64,000 nt of DNA from Heterodontus francisci (lineage: Eukaryota). Under the pieces are notes generated by a model. The model made no database searches. It was not told where the DNA came from and saw only the letters and a program-made list of their open reading frames with translations. This document shows, in pieces, positions 49,691 through 62,672 of the stretch; position 1 is the stretch's first letter, and every line of letters starts with the position of its first letter. The stretch lies in the NCBI RefSeq assembly GCF_036365525.1, contig NC_090381.1, positions 77,851,174 through 77,915,173 on the forward strand. The letters are read 5' to 3'. Position numbers and translations under genes: made by a program.

Positions 49691-50552
49691 GCGTGTTTTT
49701 TTTTTATTCTGGGTAAATGGTTTCTCTCAGCTATATAGTGATCTTCTAAAGCTACCTCAGTGCTGTGCAGTTAAAGACTAAATGCTTCGCCAATACTAAT
49801 CCATCCAATCGTTTCAGTCCCCCATAACAACTAAATAAGTAAACCAATGGCAGAGACGGATGAAGTCACTCTACATTAATCAGCTGCTAAAGCTAAAAGA
49901 TTTTGACTTATACATTCCATCTTCCAATAACTATTTGCACGAATTCCAAGTTTATGCCCTGTCAGTAATGTTTCACAGACCAGCAGAAATTATCTTTCCT
50001 TACTTAGCCTCTCCATTCCCTGCTCCTGTATTCACAACTCTAGTTTTTCTGCCTCTAATCATTACTATATCCTTTCACCCCAATATCATCCCAATGAATC
50101 CCGGTTTCCTATTGCTCCAATATGTGCTCTGTCATAAGGTGCACCAACTTACACAGTAAAGTGAAACCCTCTTAATTGCAAATACTCAAGACAGCTTTGC
50201 AAATTGTGGAAAAGCAGGACTTTCGATAAAATGGGAAGCAACATGGCAACAAAGTTCAAGGCTGCGGTGAGTCATAAGCTTTATTTGCCTAAATTATGTA
50301 CATCTTACCACATGGGCGAATACAGTAAAACATCTCAAAGAAAAGTGCTCATGTCTCAAGTTCTTTTCATTGCAATGAATTTTGTAATTTTTTTTGTGGA
50401 AATCCAAAATCAATAACGCCTGCATTTTCCTTCCACTATGCAAAATTCATTAAGCCGTTTCACTATGCACCTAACTTTGTGCGTCAGTTTCCTATCATAG
50501 TTTTTATTTCTTGCTTAGTAATCAGAAATCTGCTTTTTTAAACAAAAATGTG

Positions 50553-51716
50553 TGTTACAGTCAAGTGAAGAGGGGTCAAAGTAAAGGCCTGATCGGGTCT
50601 GCAAATGAGACCCGACCCAAGCAAAACAGAACCCCATCCGACCCAGAGCCCAACCCGGCCCGAGTCCTTCCATTTTTTCCCGCACCCGACCCGACCATCA
50701 GTTAACCTACCTTTTGTTTTCACTTTGTTCCTTACCTGCACAAGCTTAAAATAACTATAGCAAAGTTCAAAAAGTAAATTATCAAAGTCACCTAACTGAG
50801 GTGGTGATCCAGCATGTCCAATCCAGCCCAACCCGACCTGTACCCGAATGCCAGACCCAGAAGTGCAACCCGACCCGAACCCGACACATGTGGTCGGGTC
50901 CCGTCGGGTTCGGGTCAGGTAGCAGGCCTTTGGGTTGAAGGGCTTCCCTCTTTTCCCTCTCCTTGTTTGACCACAACAGGTTTAATTCTTTCTTCAAGTG
51001 AATGTACTGGAAAATTCAGTGGGTCTTTTTGATTACTTACTTGCTATGATCAAAACCAGAAGCAACCGGACAAGTTTTCGTGAGTTTAACAAAGAAAGAG
51101 GTTAACTTTATACAGCCTAAACTGAACTAATGAAAATAATAAACTATGCCAACTTTCACACACACACACACACTAGAGGTTTACACACACACAAATAGGT
51201 TACAGAGTGAGGAAAGGTAGATTGGTTGAGTTAGCGCCGATAAAAAAGGTATATAGTCTGTGAAGTTCAGTGATTCAGCTGGCTTCTAGCTGAATTCAGT
51301 GGTCCTGAGACTTTTAGTTTGAAGATGATGACTGGTTCGGTGAGTCCCTTGAAGATAGCGATGCGGATGATTTCCTCCAATGGGGTTTCTGATTCTAGCC
51401 AGAGTATGCAAAGGTGGTCAGTCAACAGGCAGGATTTGAAAGCTTTCAATCTGGAATGGAGAGACAGAGCGAGAGATTGCTGAAAAGAACAGGCAGCTTC
51501 TTTAAACTTCCTGGGTCTTGGTTCTTGCTGAGGAATTAGCAGACATTTCGTCTCCCTCCTCACAAGCATTGCAGCATAGCAAAGTAGGTGATCATCTCAA
51601 GCTGCCAGCAGTCACCCTGTTGTAAATGGTTTTAAAATTTCTTCAAAAAAAAAATTCAGATCTCCAGTCAATGGACCAAAGAAAATTATCATTCAACAAA
51701 GCACATTGGCGTAACA
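50553..51716 (-). mobile_element. Probable solo LTR containing a MITE
   Basis: Terminal tgttac...gtaaca, non-coding, with an internal (CA)n. No clean TSD, and orientation is tentative. Confidence 0.5.
50582..50932. mobile_element. hAT-type non-autonomous DNA transposon (MITE)
   Basis: TIRs taaaggcctg/caggcctttg, 8-bp TSD ggtcaaag/ggttgaag and many subterminal acccga/tcgggt repeats. Confidence 0.8.
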
Positions 51717-52410
51717 AGTATTAGAAACCTGAGTTTCAGAAATGCCATGCTTTCAGTGCAACTAGCTTTTGAATCCACAATTCCATCAAGCTGTTCAAAG
51801 TGTCCACTTGTAAGTCGGTTTGGGTAGTCAGATTTTAGCTAACGACCATTTTCACACTGTAACCTCTGTAATAACTAAAACGATTAAGTAAGCCATCTTA
51901 ATACTGACACGTGACCAAAGAAGTCATTTTTGTAACTTGTATCAGCAACTGTATTAATCAATGTATTAAGTAGTAAACTGTCAAGAAACGATGATTACAA
52001 AGCAATGGACCTGGATTGAGTTGTAATTAATGAATTAAGAATCATGCTGGAAAGAATGGGCTTTAATTTAAAAGTATTAAGTTTAAAAACAAAGTCTTAA
52101 GCTTGTAAGAAAGTTCAGTGTCAGTAGAATTTTCTAAGTCACTATAACACAAAGTCAGCAAAAGTAGTATTGTGACCCTGATAGCATTCAATAGCTTGGC
52201 TAAAAAAGAATCAATAGCTGTACAAATTTCATACTGTCAAAGGAGCTAACAGCCGCAATGAATAAAACTCTTCATAGGTTTTTATCTCAATTATTGGCAA
52301 AATTATTGGCAATATCGATTAAGCCCCGATTCAAGTAGGGTAGGGTAGACATCACATGGCCTGGACCAACTGTCAGCCAAACTACAAGGTGGTCTGAAGA
52401 CCAAATAGGG

Positions 52411-52510
52411 TAAGAAGGGTCACTGACCCGAAACGTTAACTCTGCTTCTCTTTCCACAGATGCTGCCAGACCTGCTGAGTGGTTCCAGCATTTCTTGTTT
52501 TTATTTTATA
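52411..52510 (+). mobile_element. Penelope tail fragment inserted in an LTR-like sequence (about 52300-52840)
   Basis: aagaagggtcactgacccgaaacgttaactctgcttctctttccacagatgctgcc, flanked by duplicated tagggta and followed by tataaaa and aataaa. Confidence 0.65.
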
Positions 52511-53074
52511 TTAGGGTATAAAAGAACAGCTATTGAACATGAGAAGCAGCATGAAAAATCCAAAGAAAGAAAGAGGAGAATCTTCAGTCAACAGAACACA
52601 GCGAGAGAAAGAGAAAGACCACGCCACAGTCACTCGATGGCTACCACTGAGGTTCTGGGGGATAGACTGTGACTATTGCCTCTGTTAAGTATTACTTCTT
52701 TGCACTGAATGTAAACTATTTAATAAATCTGCTAAACTTATAACCAACTTATATCTGTACCCATAGTGGGTTGTAGTAGTTACGGACAAGTAACCCTTGT
52801 TGAATCCTGTTAAATTGAACCCTGAAAGTAGCAGGAAAGCTACATACTTGCTCACGCAGCAACATGTCACAGTGCTTTTCTTTTTGAACCATCCAGAAAC
52901 CTGACTACCATTCCTCCCTCACCCAAACACTAACAAAGAGAAACCAGTTCTTTGGCATGTTGATCACTGAACCCAATCAGACTGAGAGATGAAAGACACC
53001 AATGGTGATAAGTCTCATTAAAGCAGGACTTCTATGCACCATGCTTGCAAATAAGTAGGAATTACTATAAATGA

Positions 53075-53272
53075 AATTGCAATAACATATTTATACAGAT
53101 CCTTTAACACAATAAAAAAGCACAAGGTGCTTCACAGGAGCATTGTAAAGCATAATTAAACACCGAGCCACATAAGGCAATATTAGGACAGACAAAGCTT
53201 GGTCAAAGAGGTAGGTTTTAAGGAGCATCTTAAAGTAAGAAAGAGAGGTAGACAGTCGGAGAGGTTTAGGAA
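53075..53272 (-). mobile_element. L2 3' end
   Basis: Homologous to 23578-23810. Confidence 0.65.
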
Positions 53273-54046
53273 TAAAACAAAATTTTCATAATTCGGAGTA
53301 TGAAGAAAAAAATGTGACTTTAGTAATGATTGCTTTGAAACAGGAATTGCAGTTAAGCAAGTTACAAATAAAAGGGTATAACTGTATTTCAATTTTACTC
53401 TAACCAATGCCTCAATCAAATTCATGGTACATTGTTTTTGTACTCAGCATCACTTTCTATCAAATGCAGAATCCTTTTTAAGGCTTTTTCCATCTGCAAT
53501 CCTTTAAAAAGTGTATGCATCTGCACCGCTAGACCTTTGTTCCTCGGCAAGAGAAAATCTGCCATTTAAGCATTCCATTCACTTATTTTTCCCCCAAAAT
53601 ATACTTCACGTTTATATAAGTTGAACCATATTTGCTACATATCTGCGCACTCCCCCCAACCTGTCTATAACCTACCAGCAGTCTAAGGCATTCCTCCTAG
53701 TCAACTAATTTTGCACAGAACCAGTCGAATACTGCAGATTTTCTCAACGTACTTGAAACATACTAAGCAAATGAGTGCATTCTATGCATCATTCCCATTC
53801 TGATTACCAACATTAGCGTTATCCCTGGCCACTTCTGGATAAAGTCGGTTTTCACTTCATTACTTCTTTAAGCTTCTTTGAATTGCGTACACATTTCTTC
53901 ATATTTCTGTGCTTGGATGTCTGCATTACACACCCAATATTTTTGCAGAGCTATCATCTTCACACAAAGAATTTGTAACAAATACATTTTTCAAACAGCA
54001 TTACAAAGGCAAGCTTCAGGGCAGACACCAACCTTAAGAAACTTAC

Positions 54047-54095
54047 TTTCTCATTAGAAATTCAATTCAAGAAATCACACAGCATATAGTGTCAA
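54047..54095 (-). other. Candidate short 5' UTR exon
   Basis: ctttatttcattcag|TTGACAC...ATGAGAAA|gtaagt. All three frames contain stops before a terminal ATG. Support is splice signals only. Confidence 0.2.
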
Positions 54096-54171
54096 CTGAA
54101 TGAAATAAAGTTCTTATATTTTCAAAACCAGTTGATAAATATCACTGGTGTCACGAAGTAATATCTAAGTT

Positions 54172-54600
54172 TTAATAAAAGCAAAATACTACAGCTGCTG
54201 GAAATCTGAAATAAAAACTAGAAATGCTGGAAATACTCAGCAGGTCTGGCAGCATCTGTGGAGAGAGAAGCAGTGTTAACTTTTCAACTGACCTGTTGAG
54301 TATTTCCAACATTTCTTGTTTTTACTTAATATCTCAAGTTTTGTTTGCTCTGGCAGAAATTTACCATCTTGCCAGAATACTAAAATTATGAAAAAGCAAA
54401 ATACTGCAGATTCTGGAAATCTGAAGAAAGAACAGAAAATGCTGGAAATACTCAGGAGATTTGGCAGCATCTGTCCAGAAACAGAATTAAATTTTCGGGT
54501 TGATGACCTTTCATCAGAACTGGAACCTAAAACAGCTCTTTTGCCCTCTCCACAAATGCTGCCAGACCTGCTGTGTATTTACAACATTTTCTGTTTTTGC
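54172..54600. mobile_element. Two adjacent Penelope-tail foldback elements (about 54172-54325 and 54390-54600)
   Basis: Each has a gaaatgctggaaatactcag arm and a reverse-complement arm. The second carries minus-strand ctgatgaaaggtcatcaacccgaaa at about 54493-54517. Confidence 0.7.
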
Positions 54601-55569
54601 TGCAATTATGGATTTGGGTCTAAGTAGAATTTTGTCAACTTTACTCTGCCAACCCAAGAACTTTATTAGTACAGTTATCCCATATGCGTGGGGTACTTGC
54701 AGAGAATTTAACAAGTAGAAATACAAAACTGAACCCAAACATAATCACCAGACCAAGATTCAGAATGAAATAAATCAAGGGTAAATTTTCTTTTAAAAAA
54801 TAGTGAACACTCATACTTTCATACCTCAATCAACTTTCTTGAAGTTATTTATGTGGCAACACTAAACTATGTTTTTATGCTGCAGACAAACCTATGAAAG
54901 CCCTCTACTGCCCAGGAATGCAGCCACCAATGCTTTTCCAGTGTCAGGCAGCTCTAAATAACTGCAGGTTGGAACAAAATACCAACTCCAAATGAAACAA
55001 ATGGACCTGCTGAAGGACATTGACAATCATCCCTCTAGGTAATGTCACTGAGCAGCTGAACAGGGGAGAAAAAAAAAAACAGTAAAAGTCGATAATAGTT
55101 TAATAAAGATCATATAAATTTGTTTTTGGGAAGAAGATAAGGCAGGGGAGTATTTAGAATAGAAATTACTTGTTCAAGCCCCAGGCTTTCCTTCCCTTCC
55201 AAGTACAAATCTGCATGACCTGCTTGGCAGCAAGATCAAGGCTATAATATCTATTGTAATTGTATGAATTACGTAGTGGCTCAGTTTTGAAAACATCCTT
55301 TCAGCTTCAGCAGCAGGAGCAGATGTCTTGGTGTTCTATCCTCTAATGGAATTACACTCGACTTCACAGCTATAGACAAACCAGTTATTTTGCTTCCATG
55401 TAAGCACCAAAACAAGTGTATCCAAAGAGCCTTGGTCCTACCAACAACAATTCGAATTTGTATAGCCCTTTAAAGTAATCAAACATTCCAAGGTGTTTCA
55501 CAGGTGCGTTATCAAACAAAGTTTCTCTACAAAGAATGCAAAAGTCCTTCTGATGTTTATATTATAGAA

Positions 55570-56680
55570 CCAATTGAATAAAAAACTGGCTTAAGGACAG
55601 AAAACAGCGAGTCATAGTAAATGACTGCTTTTCAGACTGGAAGATGGTAGACAGTGATGTTCCCCAAGGGTCAGTGCTGGGACCACTACTTTTTTTTGCC
55701 ATACTTAAATGACTAGGATATTGGAATACAGAGTAGAATCTCAAAATTTGTTGATGACATCAAATTTGGAGGTGCAGCAAACTGCGAGGATGATATGAAC
55801 CTCCTGCAATTGGACATAGATAGGCTAGTGGAGTGGTAAGACAGGTGGAAGATAGAATTTAATACTGACAAGTGTGAAGTGATTCATTTTGGCAGAAGGA
55901 ATAGGGAGAGGCAATTGATACTTAATGGCACAGTTCTAAAAAGTGTGGAGGAACAGAGGCACAGAGGGGCCAGGGGGTGCATGTGCATCGATCTTTGAAG
56001 GTGGCAAGACATTTTGAGAGTGTGGTTAGTAAAGTATATGGGACCTTGAGCTTCATAAATAGAGGCATTGAGTACAAAAGCAGGAAAGTTATGCTGAACC
56101 TTTATAAAGCTCTCGTTAAGCCCCAACTGAAATATTGCGTCCAGTTCTGGTCACCACACTTCAGGAAAGATGTGAGGGTCCTCAAGAGGGTGCAGAGGAG
56201 ATTTACCAGAATAGTTCTAGGAATAGAGGACTTTATTTACAAGATTAGGTTGGAAAAGCTGGGTTTGTTCTCCATAGAACAAAGGAGGTTGAGGGGAGAT
56301 TTAATAATAACGTACAAGATTATGACAAGCTCAGATAAGTTAGACAAGGAAAAACGGTTCCCATTAACAAATGGTACAAACACTAGGGGACACAGATTGA
56401 AGATTTTGGGCATGAGATGCAGGGGGAATATGAGAAAGCACTTTTTTACGCAGCGGGTGGTAATGACCTGGAACTCGCTGCCCACAAGGGCGGTGGAGGC
56501 GAAGGCAATTAGTGACTTCAAAAGGAAGCTGGATGGCCACCCTTAGAGAAATAGAGTTGCAGGGCTATGGGGATCGAGCCAGGGAGTAGGACTGACAACA
56601 TAGCTGTGGAGAGGCAGCACGGACTCAATGGGCCGAACAACCTCCTTCAGTATCGTAAATTACTATGACTCTATGACCCT
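55570..56680 (+). mobile_element. CR1 3' half
   Basis: [22 protein letters not shown] and TRGH motifs with a ctatgact tail. Confidence 0.88.
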
Positions 56681-57270
56681 AACATTGCCTATAATACCAG
56701 TAAAATTAGCAAGATTAGTTAGGAGAAGGCAAATGTTGATATCACCCTTGACAAGGATTGGTCAATAGACACATAACCAACCAGCCCAAAAGTTCTCCTG
56801 ACCAAATTTAAACCGAAATGCAATATAAATGTTTCCATACAGGGAATGCTCAATTTATAGAACCTATAGGCTTAAAGGAAGTCTGATCAGAAAAGCAAGA
56901 ACTAATGGGGATTGATATGCCATTTACTTTTCACATGGCAGGAAAACAGAAGACATTGTGAATCTCAATAGGACAGATGTAAAAGTATTAAATTTTACGG
57001 CAAATATCCTGAATTATGTCCAAACACCATTTAGTAATTGGTTACAACATGGCATTACTAGCAAATTGTAAGTGGGTCAAAAATTGTAAGGGACTCAAAA
57101 ATACTATTTAGTTTTAAATTATTTTGTTTCCTCCTTTTCTGAAAGCATTGATTCCTTGGAACATTGAACTCCACAGACACCAGTGATTCTCTAGTAACTC
57201 CCACAGGTAGCCATGCTGCACTTGAGTTTTGACAGTAAATGTTAGGAGACATCACAAATTTTTAACTTAC

Positions 57271-57368
57271 TTCATTTCCTTTTTGATCCAAGAAGCAATG
57301 AAGTCTCCTGATCCAAACAAAGGGCCCATTTCTATTAAAGGCTGGGGGTATTGCTACAGGTGAATCCT
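57271..57368 (-). other. Candidate 5' exon (UTR or coding) of the minus-strand gene
   Basis: tttgtatttaag|AGGATTC...GGAAATGAA|gtaagt in non-repetitive sequence. One frame is fully open and another starts at gaaATGG. Support is splice signals only. Confidence 0.25.
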
Positions 57369-58274
57369 CTTAAATACAAATAATGGGAAGAATTTCCTGG
57401 AACATCCATGTAACTATTGCATGAGTAGCGAGTTCTGCCATATTATTGCTATGTGCAAATTTCATCAATCATTTGCACCACTCCTGACCCTAAGTCTACC
57501 AAAACACCACATAGCTCATTAGTATAGTTCCATCCAAATGCATAAGAGCAGAGAATGCATGTTTTCTGCATTTATAACCGTGCTGAATGAACTTAAATTT
57601 ACGATCGACCTTTCAATACAGCAGGTCCCTGGTGTTTTAGAGCAATTTTTTTTCTCTTCAAGAGATGGTAGTGTATTTTCTTCATCACTGAACACTTGAT
57701 GGCATCAGAATGTACTGCATTAAAAAGATAAAAACTTTCACAATTGCAATTTATTAAACATGCTGTGCTTAATGTGCATAAATGATGTTTTGATGACTTC
57801 AAACTTTAATTGGCATAATACCAAGAAGGTAAAGAAGTCTAGGGAAAGTAGGGAAGTCTACAGAATGCATGTAGGGAATACTGGCTCAGATTCTGTGTAA
57901 TAAGTAACAGCGAGCACTCACCGTTATTTAAGTGTAAATCGGACAGTAACCGCATATACGCAGTTAAACACAGAAATCAGGAAGTTGCTGCCCGTGTTGC
58001 CCTGCTCCTCCAGAAAAGCTGCTTCTACCACTACCTTGCCCAGCAATTCAGCATTGAAACACACGGAAGTTGAAGTACTTACATGAGAGATAGCCACTAA
58101 ATTAACCAGAAAAAATTTAGGGCTTGCCCATTTCAGTATAAGTAATTTTTAAGAAAATTGTGTGGTAAGCCTTAATTACTGCCAAACAATCTGGCACTGA
58201 AATTTACTTTTACAAGTGTAGTGTGTAATTCTTTCAGATTTTAATTGTGGAGAGATTTTTTTTTAATATATTGA

Positions 58275-58730
58275 GTCATAGAGTTCGACAGCACAGAAAC
58301 AGGCCCTTCGGACCATCGTGTCCGTGCTGACCATCAAGCACCTAACTATTCTAATCCCATTTTCCAGCACCTGGCCCATTGCCTTATATGCTTTGGCGTT
58401 TCAAGTACTCATCTAAATACTTCTTAAATGTTGTGAGGGTTCCTACGTCTACCACCCCTTCAGGCACTATGTTCCAGATTCCAACCACCCTCTGGGAGAA
58501 AACATTTTTCCTCAAATCTCCTGCCCCTTACCTTAAATCCATGCACCCAGGTTATTGACCCCTCCACTGATGGAAAAAGTTTCTTCCCATCTACCCTATC
58601 TATGCCCCTCATAACTTTGTATACCTCAATCAGGTCCCCCCTCAGCCTTCTCTGCTCTAAGGAAATCAACCCTATCCTATCCAGTCTCTCTTCATAGCTG
58701 AAATGCTCCAGCCCAGGAAACATCCTGGTA
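58275..58730 (-). mobile_element. CR1 3' fragment
   Basis: MFPGLEHFSYEERLDRIGL with a CR1 tail. Confidence 0.85.
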
Positions 58731-58889
58731 TAACTTAACTTTTTCTATCTCCTTCACGTCTCTCAACAGCCCCTCTTTCATTCCCTCTCTATTTTGCTTT
58801 CCATTCATGATGTGACAATGAATTAACTGCAAAAGCCCATAGAAACACTGTGTGCAAGTATAATGAATGGTTGGTGCTGTTTGTTTGCT

Positions 58890-60722
58890 GCAAACAGGAT
58901 TAAGGATAATCCCAAGGCTTTTTATACATATATAAAGAGCAAGAGGGTAACTAGGGAAAGGGTTGGCCCACTCAAGGACAGAGAAGGGAATCTATGTGTG
59001 GAGCCAGAGGAAATGGGCGAGGTACTAAATGAGTACTTTGCATCAGTATTCACCAAAGAGAAGGACTGGTGGATGATGAGCCGAGGGAAGGGAGTGTAGA
59101 TAGTCTCAGTCATCTCATTATCAAAAAGGAGGTGGTGTTGGGAGTCTTGCAAAGCATTAAGGTAGATAAGTCCCCAGGGCCTGATGGGATCTACCCCAGA
59201 ATACTGAGGGAGGCAAGGGAAGAAATTGCTGGGGCCTTGACAGAAATCTTTGCATCCTCATTGGCTACAGGTCCCAGAGGACTGGAGAATAGCCAATGTT
59301 GTTCCTTTGTTTAAGAAGGGTAGCAAGGATAATCCAGGAAATTATAGGCCGGTGAGCCTTACGTCAGTGGCAGGGAAATTATTAGAGAGGATTCTTCGGG
59401 ACAGGATTTACTCCCATTTGGAAACAAACAAACTTATTAGCGAGAGACAGCATGGTTTTGTGAAGGTGAGGTCATGTCTCACTAATTTGATTGAGTTTTT
59501 TGAGGAAGTGACGAAGATGATTGATGAAGGAAGGGCAGTGGATGTTATCTATATGGACTTCAGTAAAGCCTTTGATAAGGTCCCTCATGGCAGACTGGTA
59601 CAAAAGGTGATGTCACACGGGATCAGAGGTGAGCTGGCAAGAAGGATACAGAACTGGCTCAGTCATGGAAGACAGAGGGTAGCAGTGGAAGGGTGCTTTT
59701 CTGAATGGAGGGATGTGACTAGTGGTGTTCCGCAGGGATCAGTGCTGGGACCTTTGCTGTTTGTAGCATATATAAATGATTTGGAGGAAAATGTATCTGG
59801 TCTGATTAGTAAGTTTGCGGACAACACAAAGGTTGGTGGAGTTGCGGATAGTGATGAGGATTGTCAGAGGATATAGATCAGTTGGAGACTTGGGCGGAGA
59901 AATGGCAGGTGGAGTTTAATCCGGACAAATTTGAGGTAATGCATTTTGGAAGGTCTAATGCAGGTGGGAAATATACAGTAAATGGCAGAACCCTCAGCAG
60001 TATTGACAGGCAGAGAGATCTGGGCGTACACGTCCACAGGTCACTGAAAGTGGCAACGCAGGTGGATAAGGAAGTCAAGAAGGCATACGGCATGCTTGCC
60101 TTCATCGGTCGGGGCATAGAGTATAAAAATTAGCAAGTTATGCTGCAGCTGCACAGAACTTTAGTTAGGCCACACTTAGAATACTGTGTGCACTTCTGGT
60201 CACCACACTACCAGAAGGACGTGGAGGCTTTGGAGAGGGTACAGAAGAGGTTTACCAAGATGTTGCCTGGTCTGGAGGGCATTAGCTATGAGGAGAGGTT
60301 GGATAAACTCGGATTGTTTTCACTGGAACGATGGAGGTGGAGGGGCGACATGATTGAGGTTTACAAAGTTATGAGCGGCATGGACAGAATGGATAGTCAG
60401 AAGTTTTTTCCCAGGGTGGAAGAGTCAGTTACTAGGGGACATAGGTTTAAGGTGAAAGGGGCAAAGTTCAGAGGGGATGTGCGAGGCAAGTTCTTTACAC
60501 AGAGGGTGGTGAGTGCCTGGAACTTGCTGCCGGGGGAAGTGGTGGAAGCAGGTACGATAGCGACGTTTAAGAGGCATCTTGACAAATACATGAATAGGAT
60601 GGGAATAGAGGGATACGGTCCCCGGAAGTGCAGAAGGTTTTAGTTTCGGCAGGCATCAAGATCGGTGCAGGCTTGGAGGGCCGAATGGCCTGTTCCTGTG
60701 CTGTACTGTTCTTTGTTCTTTG
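58890..60722 (+). mobile_element. Young 5'-truncated CR1, same subfamily as 14890-17000
   Basis: Near-identical DNA and peptides (NRIK.NPKAFYTYIKSKR ... GYGPRKC) with a ctttgtt tail. Confidence 0.93.
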
Positions 60723-60910
60723 ACTGCAAAATCCGGGCCAATAGATACGCCACTAACTTACAGTGAGCAAATAAATTAAATACCATTTTTTTTAAATGAC
60801 ACACTGGAATTTCTAACTGGTGCTTTAGGGACACAGCTTTACAACTGTCCGTTATTCTATGAAAACTGTAAATGAGTGATCCTTATATTTTATGTACATT
60901 TCCCTATCGA

Positions 60911-61262
60911 TTTAATTTTTATTTATTTATTTAGAGATACAACACTGAAACAGGCCCTTCGGCCCACGGAGTATGTGCCGACCAACAACCACCCATTTAT
61001 ACTAATCCTACATTAACCCCATATTCTCTACCACATCCCCACCATTCTCCTACCACCTACCTACACTAGGGGTAATTTACAATGGCCAATTTACCTATCA
61101 ACCTGCAAGTCTTAGGCTGTGGGAGGAAACCGGAGCACCCGGCGAAAACCCACGCGGTCACAGGGAGAACTTGCAAACTCTACACAGGCAGTACCCAGAA
61201 TCGAACCCAGGTCACTGGAGCTGTGAGGCTGCGGTGATAACCACTGCGCCACTGTGCTGCCC
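60911..61262 (-). mobile_element. HE1/V-SINE-like SINE
   Basis: Same family as the other HE1-like copies, with a (taaa)n tail. Confidence 0.9.
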
Positions 61263-61724
61263 AAACTGTTCTTCTGGCGCTAGCCTTTTGTACATCCAAC
61301 AATCCCAGGCTTCATTCCACCATTGGTGACATGGTATCCAGTGCTTGGGTCCTACTTTGTAATAGCACTGCTATATCATATGACCCATTTTATGTCACAG
61401 GTGACTTATGGTTTGCCATAATTTCCTGGAACATTTGCACCGCGCTGCCATCACACTCACTAGAAAATTAATAAGTTAACATAACTCCTCCCATTAAAAA
61501 TCAATCAATGGTGATCGCATATTTCCTTAAGTAACTAATGTTTTCTTCCCACTTGGACTGAAAAAAATGGAACTGGTGACCAAGCAGCAGTGTGATTTGT
61601 GGATTTAAAGGGTCAATGATTCAATTTATAGATCTGCATCCTTTCTGAATGGTCTTTAACTTGCAGTGAAAGTATGAGAAGTATGCTGTTTTAGTTGGCA
61701 CTGTTATAGTTGATCATTTGCATA

Positions 61725-62385
61725 AAAAGACTTGTATTTATAAAGCACTTTTTATGACCACCGGGCATCACAAAGCATTTTATAGTCAACAATGTACTTT
61801 TGAAGTGTAGTCACTGTTGTAATGTAGGAAATGCAGCAACCAAGTTGCGCACAGACAGCAATGTGATGATGACCAGGTCTCAGAGGGTTGTGCAACTTTG
61901 GAATTTTCTGCCTCAGAAGGTGGTGGAGACGGGGTCATTGAATATTTTTAAGGCCGAGATAGATAGATTCTTGTTAGGTAAGGGAATCGTTATCGGGTGT
62001 AGATAGGAGTGTGGAATTCAAGACACAAACAGATCAGCCATGATCTTATTGAATGGCGGAGCAGGCTAGAGGGGCTGAATGGCCTACTCCTGCTCCAATT
62101 TCATATGTTCGTATTCGTATGTTCGTAATCTGTTTATGTGATGTTGATTGAGGGATAGATATTGGCCAGGAAACTGGGGATAACTCCCCTGCTCTTCTTC
62201 AAAATAGTGCCACGGGATCTTTTACATTCACCATGCAGGCAGATGGGGCCTCTGTTTAACATCTCATCTGAAAGACAGCACCTCCAACAGTGCAGTACGC
62301 CCTCAGCACTGCACTGGAGTGCCAGATTAGATTTTTGTGCCCAAGCCTGGAGTGGGACTTGAACTCAGAACCCTATGAATCAGCT
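61725..62385 (-). mobile_element. SacSINE1/DeuSINE-like SINE interrupted by a CR1 3' tail (61877-62126, plus strand)
   Basis: Minus strand shows B box gagttcaagtcc, Deu-domain-like gtactgcactgttggaggtgctgtctttcagatgagatgttaaac and an L2-like tail. The insert ends in (tatgttcg)n. Confidence 0.72.
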
Positions 62386-62581
62386 GCCACTATTTGCATA
62401 ACAATGTAGAAAATGGTTCAACAGAAGCAGGATTAACACAGCTATTAGATATTTAAGGAGAAAGTGTTAATCCTTGTGCACAGCGACAGGATTTCTATCC
62501 TAACAAGCAGGCTGAACAAGTCAATTTCTGGAATCAACTAGTGTTAAAAGATTATTTTACCAAATAAGAGTCATGTCTTAT

Positions 62582-62672
62582 TTTATAGCCAATCCTGGCG
62601 CTGCTTCACAAACCACTGACCACCTCTAGGCAGTTACCCATTGTCTCTCAAGACAAGGAGGCCAAAGAAGTA
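62582..62672 (+). mobile_element. RTE extreme 3' fragment
   Basis: Matches 22655-22743 (gctgcttcacaaaccactgaccacctc...ggaggccaaagaag). Confidence 0.8.

Noticed and set aside
53780-53960. Purine-rich, coding-looking minus-strand stretch
   Set aside because: Frames are short and stop-interrupted, with no convincing splice pair or homology.
57885-58260. Possible non-autonomous DNA element
   Set aside because: I could not define TIRs or a TSD.
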